Part shown: positions 1-12,529 of the stretch, one piece after another
Layout of the letters: each line of letters begins with the position of its first letter
How positions within the stretch are numbered: the first letter of the stretch is position 1
NCBI GenBank assembly: GCA_028534125.1
Contig: CM052818.1
Location: forward strand, 5,892,001 to 5,956,000
DNA: 64,000 bases
Source: Lama glama
Taxonomy: Eukaryota
Direction: 5' to 3'
The notes under the pieces: model-generated
What the model was told of the DNA's origin: nothing
The model's input: the letters and a program-made list of their open reading frames with translations, nothing else
Databases searched by the model: none
Program-made: the position numbers and the translations under genes

Positions 1-150
1 GCTACAGCCAGAGGAACTTTCTAGACAGACATCCAGTCATGTCATTTCCTTGCTGAAAAACGTGGGCTGCTGTTTTCTGCTGACAGTTCCACAGCCCTTA
101 TCCTGACCGGTCAGTTGCTCTCGTTCCCCTACCTGGGCGCCTTCCTGACA
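1..150 (+). mobile_element. L2 LINE fragment
   Basis: cagccagaggaactttctag...cagtcatgtcatttccttgctgaaaa resembles the L2 3' region. Confidence 0.5.
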
Positions 151-649
151 CCTTTCCCACTGGCAGGAAGGGCCACCACCCCTCCTGGGCCCTGCGGATC
201 AGTCCTGTAGCATGTGCATGACAACTGGAGAAGTTGTTCCAAGTCCAGCTCCAAAGGCAGCACTCACTGGTGGGGGGGGGGCCCTTCTTGGCCAGAGACG
301 CTCCCTCCTGTGTGTCCCCTGAAGGCCTGGTGCTGCTGGGTTGGCTGCATGTGGGCCTGCTGGCCGCCCCACCCCCCGAGCCCCACCAGCACGGGCGAGG
401 GGGTCCTTCAAGGCAGAACCCACTGCCTCCCACCTGCCCCTCAGCGCAAGCGGGGATAAGCGCTCGTGGGGGTTCTCACAGATGTACATGGTGTTGTCTC
501 CAGGTGAGGACCAGGGCAGGGTTTCCCACACACAACACTGCGAAACGATGGACATTTCTTCCTGGTTCTAACAGACCTTTTCCCCTCCTGAGCGCCCACC
601 CAGCGGGTGGTAACTACTGATGTCTCTGCTGATTCCCTACTGGAGTCAC

Positions 650-880
650 ACTGGCGTGGGAAGAGGACAAGGGCTCAGAGAGAACAGGGTTCAAATCCAA
701 GCCTGGCCCTTTCCCTCCATGTGACCCGGGACCAGGCGTTTAACATCTTTGTGCCTCCGCCCCCTCGCCTGTAAAATGAGGTTAATTAGAAGTATCAGCT
801 GTAGGCATGAAATGAGAATCAAATGGGAGGGCCTGGAGAAAACCCCTGGCCCGTAGTGGACACACGACAAATGCCACCTT
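650..880 (+). mobile_element. MIR SINE
   Basis: gggttcaaatcc...tgtgacc...tttaacatctttgtgcctc...ctgtaaaatgagg: MIR core. Confidence 0.75.
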
Positions 881-1054
881 CTGTCTGTTCTCCAGGAACC
901 AGAGTGCAGTTTAGTCAGTCAAACAGCACACCAAAGGACAGTCCCCGGCTCCCACTGCCGACCTGTCTGCTTTCTCTGGGCTTTGTTGAGACCCTCACTC
1001 CTCACTCCTGCCTACAGAGAGCCCTGTGCCTGCTGGTAAAGCCACAAATGGAAG

Positions 1055-1255
1055 GCACATTTGGACTCAATGTTTTAGCTACCGTCTGACCCCAGAGAAA
1101 TGACTTAATCCCTGTAGATGTCAGTTTTCTCTTCTATAAAATGGGTTAACATCACTACCTAGCTCACAGCTGTGTTGTAGGAATTCATGCTATCACACAC
1201 ACAGGGCCTTTAGTGCCGGGCCTGACACCAAGGCCTCAGTATCTGGTGGTTACTG
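1055..1255 (+). mobile_element. MIR SINE
   Basis: tgacttaatccctgtagatgtcagttttctcttctataaaatggg...tacctagctcacagctgtgttgtagg. Confidence 0.7.
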
Positions 1256-2904
1256 TCATTAGGGAAGGGAGACAAGAGTGCTGTCAAGAGCCAACAAAGC
1301 CGTCCCTTTTTGGGGGCGTAACCAAGAAACAGACATCCCTGTCTCAGGGATATTTCTTTTCAGGTTGCCTCCCGATACACTGGGGTTTCTGTTTCACTGC
1401 CTGACAGAAGACTGACTTAAATGCCTCTACCCTCTTGGTAAATTTTGTTGTGCTAGGCAATTTAATGCAATTAATTATAGGATTTAATATAATTATACTT
1501 CTGTAATTAATTTAATAATCCAACTCAATTTAAATTGTTCTTTTTTTTTTTTTGCATAGAGGGTGCAGCTCCTCACCCAAGCCGTCGCCTCAGGCTTCCC
1601 GGAGAGAACCTGGCTCTCTGCCTTTCTTGGATGTTTTGGAAAACAGGAAGGGAGAGCCCTTGAGGTGTTACTCCCTTAATGGATAACTCAAACTTGAGGC
1701 TGCAGAGGAACCTGTGTTTCTGACTGTATGCCTTCCTGGGTGTTTCTACTTACGAGAAAAAACACAGGGTCAAGTTCCAGTGGCCATCCTGGTGAAGCCT
1801 GAATGACTGGACTTACTGGAAACTGCTTTATAAGCCACAGCAATCCTGTCCTACCCATGTGACAAAGGCCATGTTGCTTGGGTCTGTCTCTGTACAACTT
1901 GGCATCCTAGAAAAATTTTCCCAACCCAAGACAGCCTAGTAATGAAGGGTCACTGAGTAACTGTTAGGAGTGAGTGACATGGAAGAGAGGTGGACCAAGA
2001 CCTACAGAACCACATCACATGTGTTACGTGAATGACCTCCCTGCACCAGGAAACCCCGTCTGATTTCTTTTAAAAGCCAAGTCTCAGTTTGTCCTTTAGA
2101 ATGGGGTGGATTTGAAGTTGGAATGCTTTTTCCCAATTCCTGTTTCTCTAAAGAAATAATCAAGCCTTGATGCTGTGGTTGGTAACGTCTAAAGCTGGTG
2201 TTAACACTGCTCCCTGGGGAAGGAGAAACAGCTCTCTCCCAGAAGGTGCACAGACTAAGGCCCAGAAACACTGAGGATGGTTCATGAGCTCCAGCATGGT
2301 GAAGGCTATTTAAAATCGATTAATGTGTACTGTGTTTCTGGCACTGGAATTAAACAGTCCTCAATAAACAGAACTATTCGGTCAGGGTAACCACATGAGT
2401 CAGAGGCTCCCAATAATGAGAATTTATTCTCACTTGTGTATCTGTGGATGGGCTCGCACTGATCTGATCGACACTGGCTTGAACAGGGCTTGGCTTCAGA
2501 CTCGTGAATGGGTCTAGGTCTGCCCCACATGCTTCGGAACCACTTTGGCCCAGTGGTTGCCCAAGGCCCACAAAGAGCAGTCCATCTGTGCAAGCATATT
2601 TAATGCCTGTGCTCAGAGTCACGTCTAGTAACATCCCATGAGCCAAGGATGCAACACGGCCAAGCTCGAAGTTAAATGGGTGTAACTCCACCCATTATGA
2701 CACCACAGCAAGCCAGAGTGGGGATGGGGGTGGAGGAGTTGGGAGAGAGTGATTATTTGCTGGGCAATAATATAAACTATCACAGTAACCTATTTATTTT
2801 ACATGTAGGGCAAGAAATTCAAGCTTATCTCCTTTTACTGTTTCAGTTAAATTGTATACGAAATAGCAATAACGCATTCTCTTAAGTAATTTGTATTGTG
2901 AATT

Positions 2905-3110
2905 TTTAGTTTAGTGGGAATAGCACAGAAGTTGGAGACAGAAGACCAAATCCTGTCTCTGTGACTTCCTGAGAGGGTGATCTGCGGACAAGTGAGCTGA
3001 CCACTCTAAACCTTAGGACCCTCATTATAAAAGGCAGACAATCCTTCAGCCTGGCTTCCAGCATTTCCATGAGGATAAGGCAACATACTCTGAAAACTGT
3101 CAAGTGTCAT
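2905..3110 (+). mobile_element. MIR SINE
   Basis: gtttagtgggaatagcacagaagttggagacagaagacc head followed by a degenerate core. Confidence 0.6.
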
Positions 3111-3179
3111 TGAAATTATTGGGATTTTTCTGATTAGCAGAATGCAAACCCCTCAGCCAAAACAGCACTCACGCTTTTT

Positions 3180-3380
3180 ACAAAGGGAAAGCGGACCTGG
3201 TCTTGGGATAGAAAACTTGGGTTGGAACCTTCACTCTACCAATTACCTGACCTTTATGAACCTCAGTTTCCTTCTCTGTAAACCATGGATATTAACATTA
3301 GCTCTGCTTACCTCAAGTTTTTCGAAGACATCGAATGAAAGAGTAGATGAAAAAGCATGTCATAAACTGTAAAATGTCAC
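3180..3380 (+). mobile_element. MIR SINE
   Basis: gaacctcagtttccttctctgtaaa core and ataaactgtaaaatg tail. Confidence 0.7.
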
Positions 3381-3492
3381 GCCACCTGCAATGGGAGCTC
3401 AGAGCTTCATCTTCAGTGACATTAATGTTTGTCATCTGAATAAGGGAGAGTCACAGAGAACTACAGGTTCGAGATGGTTAGTCGTCGTCGTC

Positions 3493-5010
3493 TTTTTTTT
3501 TTTTTCTTCCCTGAGCTACTGGCCTTTAATTCCTCTGGGCCAGAACTGGAACCCTCCCTCCAAACATCAAGTCCAGGACTCCAGAGGCAGAATCCCTGGC
3601 TGGAACCAAGCTGCATCACTGGCTTGGAGGCACAAGGGAAAAGAGATGTTCATAAGCTGGAAAGGCTGCGTCAAGCTTTCTCCCTGCACCATCCCAGCCA
3701 AAGCTTGTCCTGAGCCCAGCTCAACAGAAGCAGCACGTTTCCTCCATCACTGTAAATTCTCTGTGGAACTTCTAGGGGTTCCCAGCACCCCCTATAGCCT
3801 CCGAACTGCTGTCCATGTTCTCATAGGCCCCCACCCCATCCCTCATCTCGGGGCAGCGCCTCTGCCCACAGTGGCCTTCAGTCTAGGCAAGGTTAGTCCA
3901 GTACCTCTTTGATGAGTAATTCTTTGAGACTGGGGATAGGCGTGGGGGTCCGGCTGCCTCCTGCAGGTCCCGGAGCCAGGCCTCTGACTGTGTCCAGGTC
4001 CCCGTCTGGGAGAGCCGCACGTGGGCCAGCAGAGGGTTAGGGCCCTCTCACAGCATTCCCGGGCATCTCTAGGGTCCCCTGGCTCTTGGTGGCACAAGGC
4101 CAGCCGCGCCAGGGTCAGCAGAAGGCGGTCTGAGCCTGAGGAGATGCCCCGCTGGGCCTGCCACTGCGAGGCCTTGGCCCAGAGCACCAGACGCCACAGC
4201 TTCGTGACAAGAGGCCAGTGCAGGTGCTGCTCTGGGCCCGCCGCAGCTCAGGCAGTGTGAATTAGTCCTGCAAGTCCGGGTCCTGGCAGCTCGGGCAACG
4301 CCTGGAGGTGGCCCCCAAACGGCTCGAAGGCTCGGCTGCGGAAGCCGATGGTCTCTGCGGCGAAGTTCCGGCGCAGGCGCTTTAAGGGGAAAGGAGACCA
4401 TGGGGCCCGGAAACTGTCCTGGAGACCCGGAACTGCTCCCACAGGCTTCCGTGTACACACTCAAGGTCCGAGTAACGGCGGGAGATCTGGGCCGGCTGGC
4501 GATTCCGAGGCCCTGGCCCATCACGGCGATGAGGAAGCGAACGTACTTGGAGAGTGTGTCCTTGACCAAGCGGGCGGTGGTCACCTCGAAGGGCAGCTGC
4601 CGGGGTTCCAGGGTGTTCCGGGACTCCTTCCAGAAAGCTTGCAGCTGCCGTGCCAGGAGCTGACTGCCCCGCTGCACATCAGGTAGGCGCCTCCGTTTTG
4701 CAGGAGCACAGGATGGGCCTGTGTCTTCTCCCACCGCTGGGAACCCTGGGGGCAGGAGGTCGGGGCCAGCCTCCTCTTCTAGTCCTCTGCGCTGGTGAAG
4801 CTCAAGGTGCCGCTAGGGCAGGACAACAGGCTCTCTGCGGCGGCGTCCTCCAGTTTCGAGCTCACCGGGAGCTGGCCGTGCCTCCCCAGGGCCGGGGCGT
4901 GTCGCAGCCAGTGGAGGAGCCGCGAGGCTCTGGCACCCTGAGCAGCGCGCGATGCTGGGTCCCAGCTGGGCGGAAGGCTGACCCTGGCCCCGCGCGGGGA
5001 GGAGGCGGGC
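3493..5010 (-). pseudogene. SNX21: Processed (retro)pseudogene of sorting nexin 21 (PX + PXB/TPR-like domains)
   Basis: Minus-strand translations in several frames match SNX21 as recalled: ASRLLHWLRHA; SSKLED..SGTLSFTSAED*; GSQLLARQLQAFWKESRNTLEPRQLPFEVTTARLVKDTLSKYV; QPAQISRRYSD; KRLRRNFAAETI..RSRAFE..GHLQALPEL; SGSDRLLLTLARLALCHQEPGDPRDARECCERAL; PSLKELLIKEVLD* (TAA at 3893-3895). No introns. The M of MASRLL is AGA, there is a premature TAG and several frameshifts. ATTAAA at 3525-3530 and a poly(A) tail (T-run 3493-3505). Confidence 0.95.
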
Positions 5011-5309
5011 TAAATGGTTCTTCTTCACCTGCAAATGTGGGTTTGGAAGGAGAAGTCGTTTTTAAGATAAAAGTTTAAGGAAAACTGTGTCATAAATATG
5101 AAGGCAGAGAGAGAATTCTGGGGATGGAGTGGGCAGCTTTTGGAGGAATGTTGAAGGCTGAGGTTTTCCTTTGGGAAGAAGTAAGCAGAGGGGCTGCAGT
5201 AGTGCCGAGGGGCCTGTTTTGTGCGCATCTCACTGGAGGGAACTCAGGCTGTATTCCACTTGGCTTTTCCCTGGGTGTAAACCAGGGGACTGAACTAAAG
5301 GGAGGGAGG

Positions 5310-5480
5310 TGAGGCTGGTGGCTAAGAGCGTGGGAAGATAGGGCTGGATTTATATCCCAGTTGTGCTGCTCACAGAGGAGCAGTATGACCTTGGGAAAAT
5401 TACTTAGCCTGTCTGCACCTGGGTTTCCTCATCTGTACTGGGGATGAGCATCAGTGCCTAATAGAAAGTGCTGAGCATCT
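5310..5480 (+). mobile_element. MIR SINE
   Basis: tatgaccttgggaaaattacttagcctgtctgcacctgggtttcctcatctgta. Confidence 0.75.
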
Positions 5481-5654
5481 GATGGGTGGGTAATGCGGCC
5501 AACCAGCCCCTGTGACCTCAGGGTCATCCCTGGCAGGCCTGAGGGAAGAGCAGAAATAAAAGATGAAGTACTTTCTTGGAGTAAAATGATTGACCGGTGG
5601 AGCCTTGCTGTGGACCACCATATAGAATAATTCTCCCTCTTCAAGAACTTCCTT

Positions 5655-5832
5655 CAGGTTCTCAGCTGAGTCCCTCAGGAAGCCTTTAAGTATCAAAATG
5701 TACGGACTGTATTCCAGACCAGTTACTAAATAAGAATTGCCGGGGTTTTGGTCCAGGCATCAGCATCCTCTGGACCCCACTCCCACCCCAAGATGATTTC
5801 CGTGTGCAGACAGGCTAAGGACCACTACTCTG
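5655..5832. mobile_element. MER5A-like hAT-Charlie non-autonomous DNA transposon
   Basis: ccaggcatcagcat...cccaagatgatttccgtgtgcagacaggctaaggaccact resembles MER5A. Confidence 0.55.
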
Positions 5833-5859
5833 GTGCAACAGGCAGCTTCCTCCTGGAGG

Positions 5860-6088
5860 ACAGATTAACATGGTGGTCAGGGGCACATGGCTTTGGAAGT
5901 GGTCACATCTGGGTTTGAATCCTGGCTTGGCTGCGGACTAGCCATGGACCTCAAACCTCAGTTTTTAAATCTGTAAATGGAGACCACAGCCCTTACTTGA
6001 GGAGTCTCGTGCAAACATGAAATGAAATAACAAATGTGACCTGATTGGCATATAATGAGTATTCAAAAAATGGCAGCTATTGTTATTC
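5860..6088 (+). mobile_element. MIR SINE
   Basis: ctgggtttgaatcctggc...cctcagtttttaaatctgtaaatgg...aaatggcagctattgttatt. Confidence 0.75.
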
Positions 6089-6099
6089 AAAGGGGCCTT

Positions 6100-6335
6100 C
6101 TTTGAGCAATCACTCTATTTAATTTGTCTTGCCTGACCTTCCCCCTTACCATATTACCTGATTTTATTTCCAGTGTAGCATACAAGAGAATCTGAAATCA
6201 TTTTTGTTTATTATGGGCCAGGCACTTTTACCACAGAGATATTATCTGTCTTGCCTGCCTCTGTGTTCCAAGTACTTAGAACAGTGCCTGGTATACAGTA
6301 GGTCTTCAGTAAATACTCAATTAAATGACTGACTA
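6100..6335 (+). mobile_element. L2 3' end
   Basis: agtacttagaacagtgcctggtatacagtaggtcttcagtaaatactcaattaaatga: the L2 terminus. Confidence 0.75.
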
Positions 6336-8149
6336 CATGTTACCCATCTTTGGAAAGTCTGATTAAAATGGTCACCCTTCCTGTTCAATGGAGAGTTTTA
6401 AACCATTGAGTTTCCCTTTAAACAGATAATTGATTGCAACTATTAAAAAAATTCTAGAAACTCAGAGTTATTGGCATAGCATAGCTCTGGAGGGAGTGTG
6501 GGAGAGGCTTCTTCAGAGAGCCCTGGAGGCTGGAGAGAGCACACCTGCTTTTCTTGCTGTCTCTGACAGACGGCAAACAGAGAAACTCGGAAAAGGCTCC
6601 CTTCCCCCCACAATGAGCTCCATTCCAAGTCTCTTGAAGGTGGGGTGTGCTGAGAAGCCAGCATTGTTTTCTCTCCCACCCTCCAGATCTTTTCCCCTGT
6701 CCCCTCAGGAGCCCGCCTACATCTGTCAAACATTCACTCACCTTTTGTTAACCCTTGAGCTTTTCAATGCAAACAAACCTCTTAAAGAGAAAGAAATGCT
6801 TCCAGGCAGTTGACGCAGAGACTTAAATGCAAAACTTACAAGTTTGTGCTCGTTGACAAACTCAGGTGGGTTACTTTTATCGTCACTTTAACCCAAAGAG
6901 AAGGATGGGGGGCGGGGTGCCAAGGCTTCGGAAAATCCACAGTTTGAAGGTGGCTTCCGTCAGGTCCTTAGGCTCATGCTCCAGATTGTAGGCACTACAC
7001 TGGGCTATGACTAAAACGGAACCAGCATATTCTTTCTTCAGATTTGCAAATGTGGAGACTGAAGCCCCTAATGTGCAAACTGCCCTACTGGTGACTGTGG
7101 AATCTCAGGCACTCCTGGTTCACTCAAGTGTCTGTCACCCCATGTCTGCCCTCCTCAATTACTACAGAGGAGCAAGGAGAGACAAGAGAGTTTGATATCT
7201 TGATGGAAACAGGGAATTAAAAGGCCTGGGTCTTTCTTCCAAAAGCTGAAGTTGAAAAGTTGGGAGAAAGAACAAGGGTCTGAGCAAAACAAACTCCCCA
7301 AATCAGTGACTGTCTGGACCTTGAAGTGACTTTCTGGTCAACCCAGGCAGCCGAGCGAGTCTTTCCCTCTGGAACAAATAATCCAGGCTGTGTGGGAAAA
7401 CATAGTTTATTGCCGTTATTTGTTTCCCCGTTGCCTGGAGCCATCCTTGGGTATGGAGAATTTGTACTCGTTGGAAATCCGATAGAACCTTGAATATTTC
7501 ATTTGAGTGAATCTCTAGGAAGGTTGGGACCTGAGCAAGAGTGTGGCAGAGATACCATGAGCTAAACCAGGCTCTGTCTGTGTTCACTGTCTGTGTTTTG
7601 CTTTCTTTACTGCACACATCACACCTGAGTTTGCTGGTCTATTGGATCAGTCATTTCTTCTGGATGAGAAAATGGGCTATATTCTCCGTCACCCAAGCAT
7701 TGTTTAATTTGAGGCAGTTGTCTAGTCCAGCACATTTACAGAGTGCTCTAGGATCATTTTTGTTAGGTGTTCTTTACCAAGCCACCAGGGAAACCACTAA
7801 AACACAGACTCAGAGACGGTGGCCATCGCACGGACACACAGCAATTTGTCCTCCTAATCAACACTGAAGTCAAGCAGGTTAAATCTGTATTTTATGAGTT
7901 CTATTGATTCACAGTGTTTTGGAGTCTAACAGAAGTTGGGGGGGGTTATTGGTAAATTGTTGTTATTACTCCTGGAGTGAGACCATCTCATGATTCCTCT
8001 GATTCTTGGAAAATACAAACAACCAAAATCAACTCAGGGAGAGCAGTGAACCAAAATAGAGCAATAAATAAGGAATAAGTTCAAAATGCTGTCAAAGAAT
8101 GGCTGTTGAGAGAGACTTGAGCTCGGATTATTATTTCAAGGGATTTTTT

Positions 8150-10640
8150 TTCCGAAGTTTTCATGAAAATTCCCGTTACATATAAACTGTTTTAAAGCAA
8201 AGGAAGAAAACCATTGCAATTGATTTTTCAAGGCTAGCATATTCCTAATAACCAAAACCTGGCAAAATGTCATTAAAAAAAGCCACAAATCAATCTCACT
8301 CATGAATAATGAGAAGCAATAATTCTCAATAAAACACTAGTAAATTGAATCTGGTAGTATATTTAAAGAATGATTCACCATGAACAAATAGAGCTTATTA
8401 ACTAAATTAAAAATGTTTTAAAATAGAAAATCTACTAATATAATAGGTCAAAGAAGAAAAAAAGTATGACAATCCCTAAAGAGTTTGAAAAGCTGAAATT
8501 GAATATTCATGAGCAATTCTTCAGAATCGTAAGTCCCTGAGAATAGAGGGAACTTCCTGAATTTGATATGGAGAATCTAACTCAGACGAAGAGACAATGC
8601 CATTTGTGAGGGTAAAATGAGGTTCTTATTAAAGTCAGGAACAAGGGAGGAGGCTTACTATCACCATTGATATTTAATATTCTTCTGGCAACTCCGACAA
8701 ATGCTGTTGGTGGTAAAGAGTAAGTGCACTTATTGGAATGAAGCATAAGGGGCATCATTATTTGCACATTACTGAAAAATCTACCAAGAACAAATAAGCA
8801 AGTTCAGAATATACATTAAATAAAATTGCATTTATAATAGAAAAGTATTTTGAAAATATACAGCAGAAAGATCGTATTCACAATAATAACAATGTGAAAC
8901 AAACTACCTGTGAATAAATTTACCAGATAATTTGGGTCTATTTGAGGAAAAAAACCTACAAAATTTCACTGAGTATCATAAAAGAAATGTGAATAAATAG
9001 CGTGATATTAGTATAACTATGTATTTGCTGATTCAATATTATAAAATTTTAATTTCCTTTAAGATATACTTTTAATGTAATTACAAGAAAGAGATTATAA
9101 TAAAAATGAGATTACAATTCTCATTTCACTTTGGAAACAAGATTTGACAAAATGAATCTAAAATCTGTTTGGAATGGTAAATGGGTAAAAATCCTCACGA
9201 AATTTTGAAAAGCAGAAAGTATCAGAAACAGAAATTAATGGAAAGGAACATTTATGTTGCACAATATTAAGATACTTTATTTTGATAATAATGAAATGGT
9301 TTTGTACCAATGCACAAATTGACAAACAGAAGCCTGGAAGGAAATAAGGAGTCCGAAAGTTATATTTAGAAAAGGTAGCATTTCAAATCAGTAGGGAAAG
9401 GAATATTTTTTCAGAGAGTTGATTAAACACCTGAAAAAAATACTACAAAATACATGATGATGTGATTAAAAAATGAGTATAAATATGATATTACATGACA
9501 GCTGGAGAAAGGTAAATATCTGAATTTGAGATAGAAAATAATTTTTGTCCATTAAATCATGCTGGAAAAGACTGATTTATTGACTATAAAAACTTAACAG
9601 CTTCTGTTTGTAAAACAAAATGTCAAAATTAACTTTTTCAGAACTCCGTCCTCGGTCCACAATAGCCTTAGAAACCTGACTCAGAACTAGCTCAGTGTGA
9701 ACAGCCTTTGTCCTGGGACACTTGTCAAAAATAATCAACAAGAGTTGTTTAACATCCAGTTTCCTGGGACAGCAGTAGCAATAAGAGAAAACGTGTTTAA
9801 ACACTTCAAGATGAAAAACTTAAAAGTAAAAATTGGAGAGTGAGATGCCCCTAAAGGGCTTTAAAAAACTCCACCATATTCCTGGGAATCCAGATTGTCA
9901 ACGTGCATGAGAAAGGCTGTGCACATGACCCAGAAAGACCTGAAAATGCCCAGGAAATGACCTTGAGTCCCTGCACAAGCAGGAAGGGAAGGCTAAGGCA
10001 GAGCTGTCAACAGCCTAAGTGTTGAAGATGTGCCTTGATGTGCACACAAAACTCCTTGTCAATGGCTGGGGGACTTATTATTTCAAGGCATTTGAGGAAT
10101 CTCTGTTCAACCATTAGTTGACCACTAAGCTAACCAAGCTGAGACTTTAGTGTTTACACATAACAAACGATATAGACTTTATAGAATTCATTCATAAAAG
10201 TCACTAAACAAGCAGCAATAACAACGCACTATGGGTGATGAAATCTGATTTCTGGAGTTGCCACATTATATTATTTAAAACATTCAGTTTCAATAAAAAA
10301 TTTTGAGATCTAAATGTAAAAGCTAACTACAAATAAAAGTCTTAGAATAAAAGATAGACTTAAGTCTTCATGACTTTGGATTAAGCAGTGGTTTCTTAGA
10401 TGACACCAGGAAAACAAACAAGGGGAAAGTATAGATACATTGGACTTCATCAAGATTAAAAACTTTTTTTGAGCTTCAAAGGACTCCATCAAGAAAGTGA
10501 AAAGATAGCCCACAAAATGAGAGAGTAACTGCTAATGTATACTGGGTTACTTTTTGGGTAGAGGAAATGTTCTGAAATTAGATAGCGATGATAGTTGTAC
10601 AACATGTGATTATACTGAAAACTCCTGAATTAAAAAAAAA
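8150..10640 (+). mobile_element. Old L1M mosaic (degenerate ORF2, 5'-type segment ~9640-10300, 3' end ~10300-10640)
   Basis: A-rich strand with ORF2 remnants (aatcaatctcactcatgaata..., ggaacaagggaggaggcttactatcacca, cttcatgactttggattaagcagtggtttcttagatgacacc). Ends with ggaaatgttctgaaattagatagcgatgatagttgtacaac plus an A-tail. No long ORF. Confidence 0.8.
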
Positions 10641-11439
10641 AGATTTTAGGAGAATCTATTGGAAAAAATTTTCTTTTATTACAGTTATATTTTCTGTTTT
10701 ACCAAATCAACCACTTGGGTTGTCTTTTTAATCTTCCCACATTGTTATTGTCTACATATTGTCTAGTGTATATGTGGATGACACTCTTGTCTTATAGCAT
10801 TGTCGTGAACATAGTATATAGAAAAAAGATTCAGAAAGGAATTTTCCAGCAGTTACTACAATATGTAGATAAATTTTAAGTCGACTCCTGATTAGTGTAC
10901 ATGTACTGAGATATCACAATCCAAATGGCAAGTTAGCCCTAAAAGGTTTATGTTCTATTTCAGTCCAGAAACACAAGAGAAGGACAGGGCTGGAACATGC
11001 AAAATGATGAAGTCATTGTCTCTCTTTTTAGAGACCAAATAGGAAGCAGCTGCCCTGGGATGGAGAGCTCTGTACCAGAATTGTACCTGTTCTGGTACTT
11101 AGTGACTCCTTTCCTGTGAGCCCACTGGGACTGAAAAACCTCCCTGAATTGGGAAAGATTGGGCAAAGTGGGAGAGGGAGGAGAGGAAAAATGTAGGACC
11201 TCTGCTGCCTATGCCCCATTAGCGGACTGGTTAGGAGAGAAGGGGGCTAATGACAGAACGAATCTGTGCAGACTTGAGCTATAATTGCATATTTGTACTT
11301 GTAGCATATTAGCTAATGACTTGTTAGTAAGTTTTATCAAGTTCATTTTACACTGTGCCGTGGGCCCTTCCCAATTATTTTACTTTATCTTTATGAAATT
11401 TCCCCTCACCTTGCTTTTTTCCCACCAGTTAAACCGAAT

Positions 11440-11888
11440 GGTATTTTTCAGTTTCCTTTTTTTTCTCATCCTGATCACTCAAAGTTGTTCTTTTTTCTCA
11501 TGTAGACTCTCTTTGAGTAGCCTCATCCAATTTCATTGCTTTGAATGCTAGTCTATCTCGTCATGATTCTCAAATGTATATGTCTAGCTTGGTCTTCCCT
11601 CATTTGCCTCTTAAATGGTAACCCTTGCTATCCAGTAGATGTTTAACCCTTGACATGTCTGCAACGGAATTATCAGTTCCTATCGTGCCAAATCTACTTC
11701 CCCATTTCAGTAAAAGGCACCACCCGGTCACCCAGTTTCTCAGATCAAAGCTTTAAGAGTAATCCTTTATTTCTCTCTTTTCTCACATCCACATCAGTTA
11801 ATCCTATTGAATCTGCCTCTACAGTGACCCTCTTCTCTATATCTGCACTGCCACAGCTCTGACTTACCTGCCACCATCTCTCACCCTC
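11440..11888 (+). mobile_element. L2 LINE fragment
   Basis: cttccccatttcagtaaaaggcaccacccggtcacccagtttctcagatcaaagc typical of L2. Confidence 0.7.
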
Positions 11889-11889
11889 A

Positions 11890-12515
11890 TTGCTATAAAA
11901 TATCAACTGGTACAACCTCTTTTGAAAATTGTTTAGTGGCATCTTCTAAAGCATAAATCATACCCTATGACCCAGCAGTCGAGCTCCTGTATACATACAC
12001 AGCAGAAACGCATACATACGTCCACAGAAAGACATGAACTAGAATGTCATTATTCATAATGGCCCCAAATTGGAAACTATCCAAATGTCCATCTATAGTA
12101 ATATGGATAAATTAACTTATGGTATAATCACAAAATTACATACTGCAATGAAAATAAGTAATTCACTGCTATGTACAACAATATGGATAAATCCCATAAA
12201 CACAAGATCATGCTAATGAAAACTGACAGTAGTGAGAATATATAATATGATTACATATATATAGAGTGCAAAAATTTGGAAAACTAAGCCATGTTTTTAA
12301 AAGTCAGGATACCCTTGAAAAGTTTTGGTAGGGGACGGGTGACTGTAAGCGAAAAGAAAGAATGCTGGGGTACTGATGATGTGAGATTTCTTGATTTGGG
12401 TGCTGGTTACATTGGAATGTTCAATTTGTGAAAATTTATCGACTTGAATACTTGTATGCATTTTCTCTGTGTATATTATATTTTAATTGAAAATTAAAAT
12501 TTTTTTCTTAAAAAA
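11890..12515 (+). mobile_element. L1M (MC/ME-type) 3' end
   Basis: cataccctatgacccagcagtc...aattggaaactatccaaatgtccatc...cttgatttgggtgctggttaca. Confidence 0.8.
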
Positions 12516-12529
12516 TTCACAGACATAGA

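Noticed and set aside
4069..4734. 221-aa ORF as a functional SNX21-like gene
   Set aside because: Starts at GTG, leaves the SNX21 frame mid-PX domain, and lies inside a frameshifted retrocopy.
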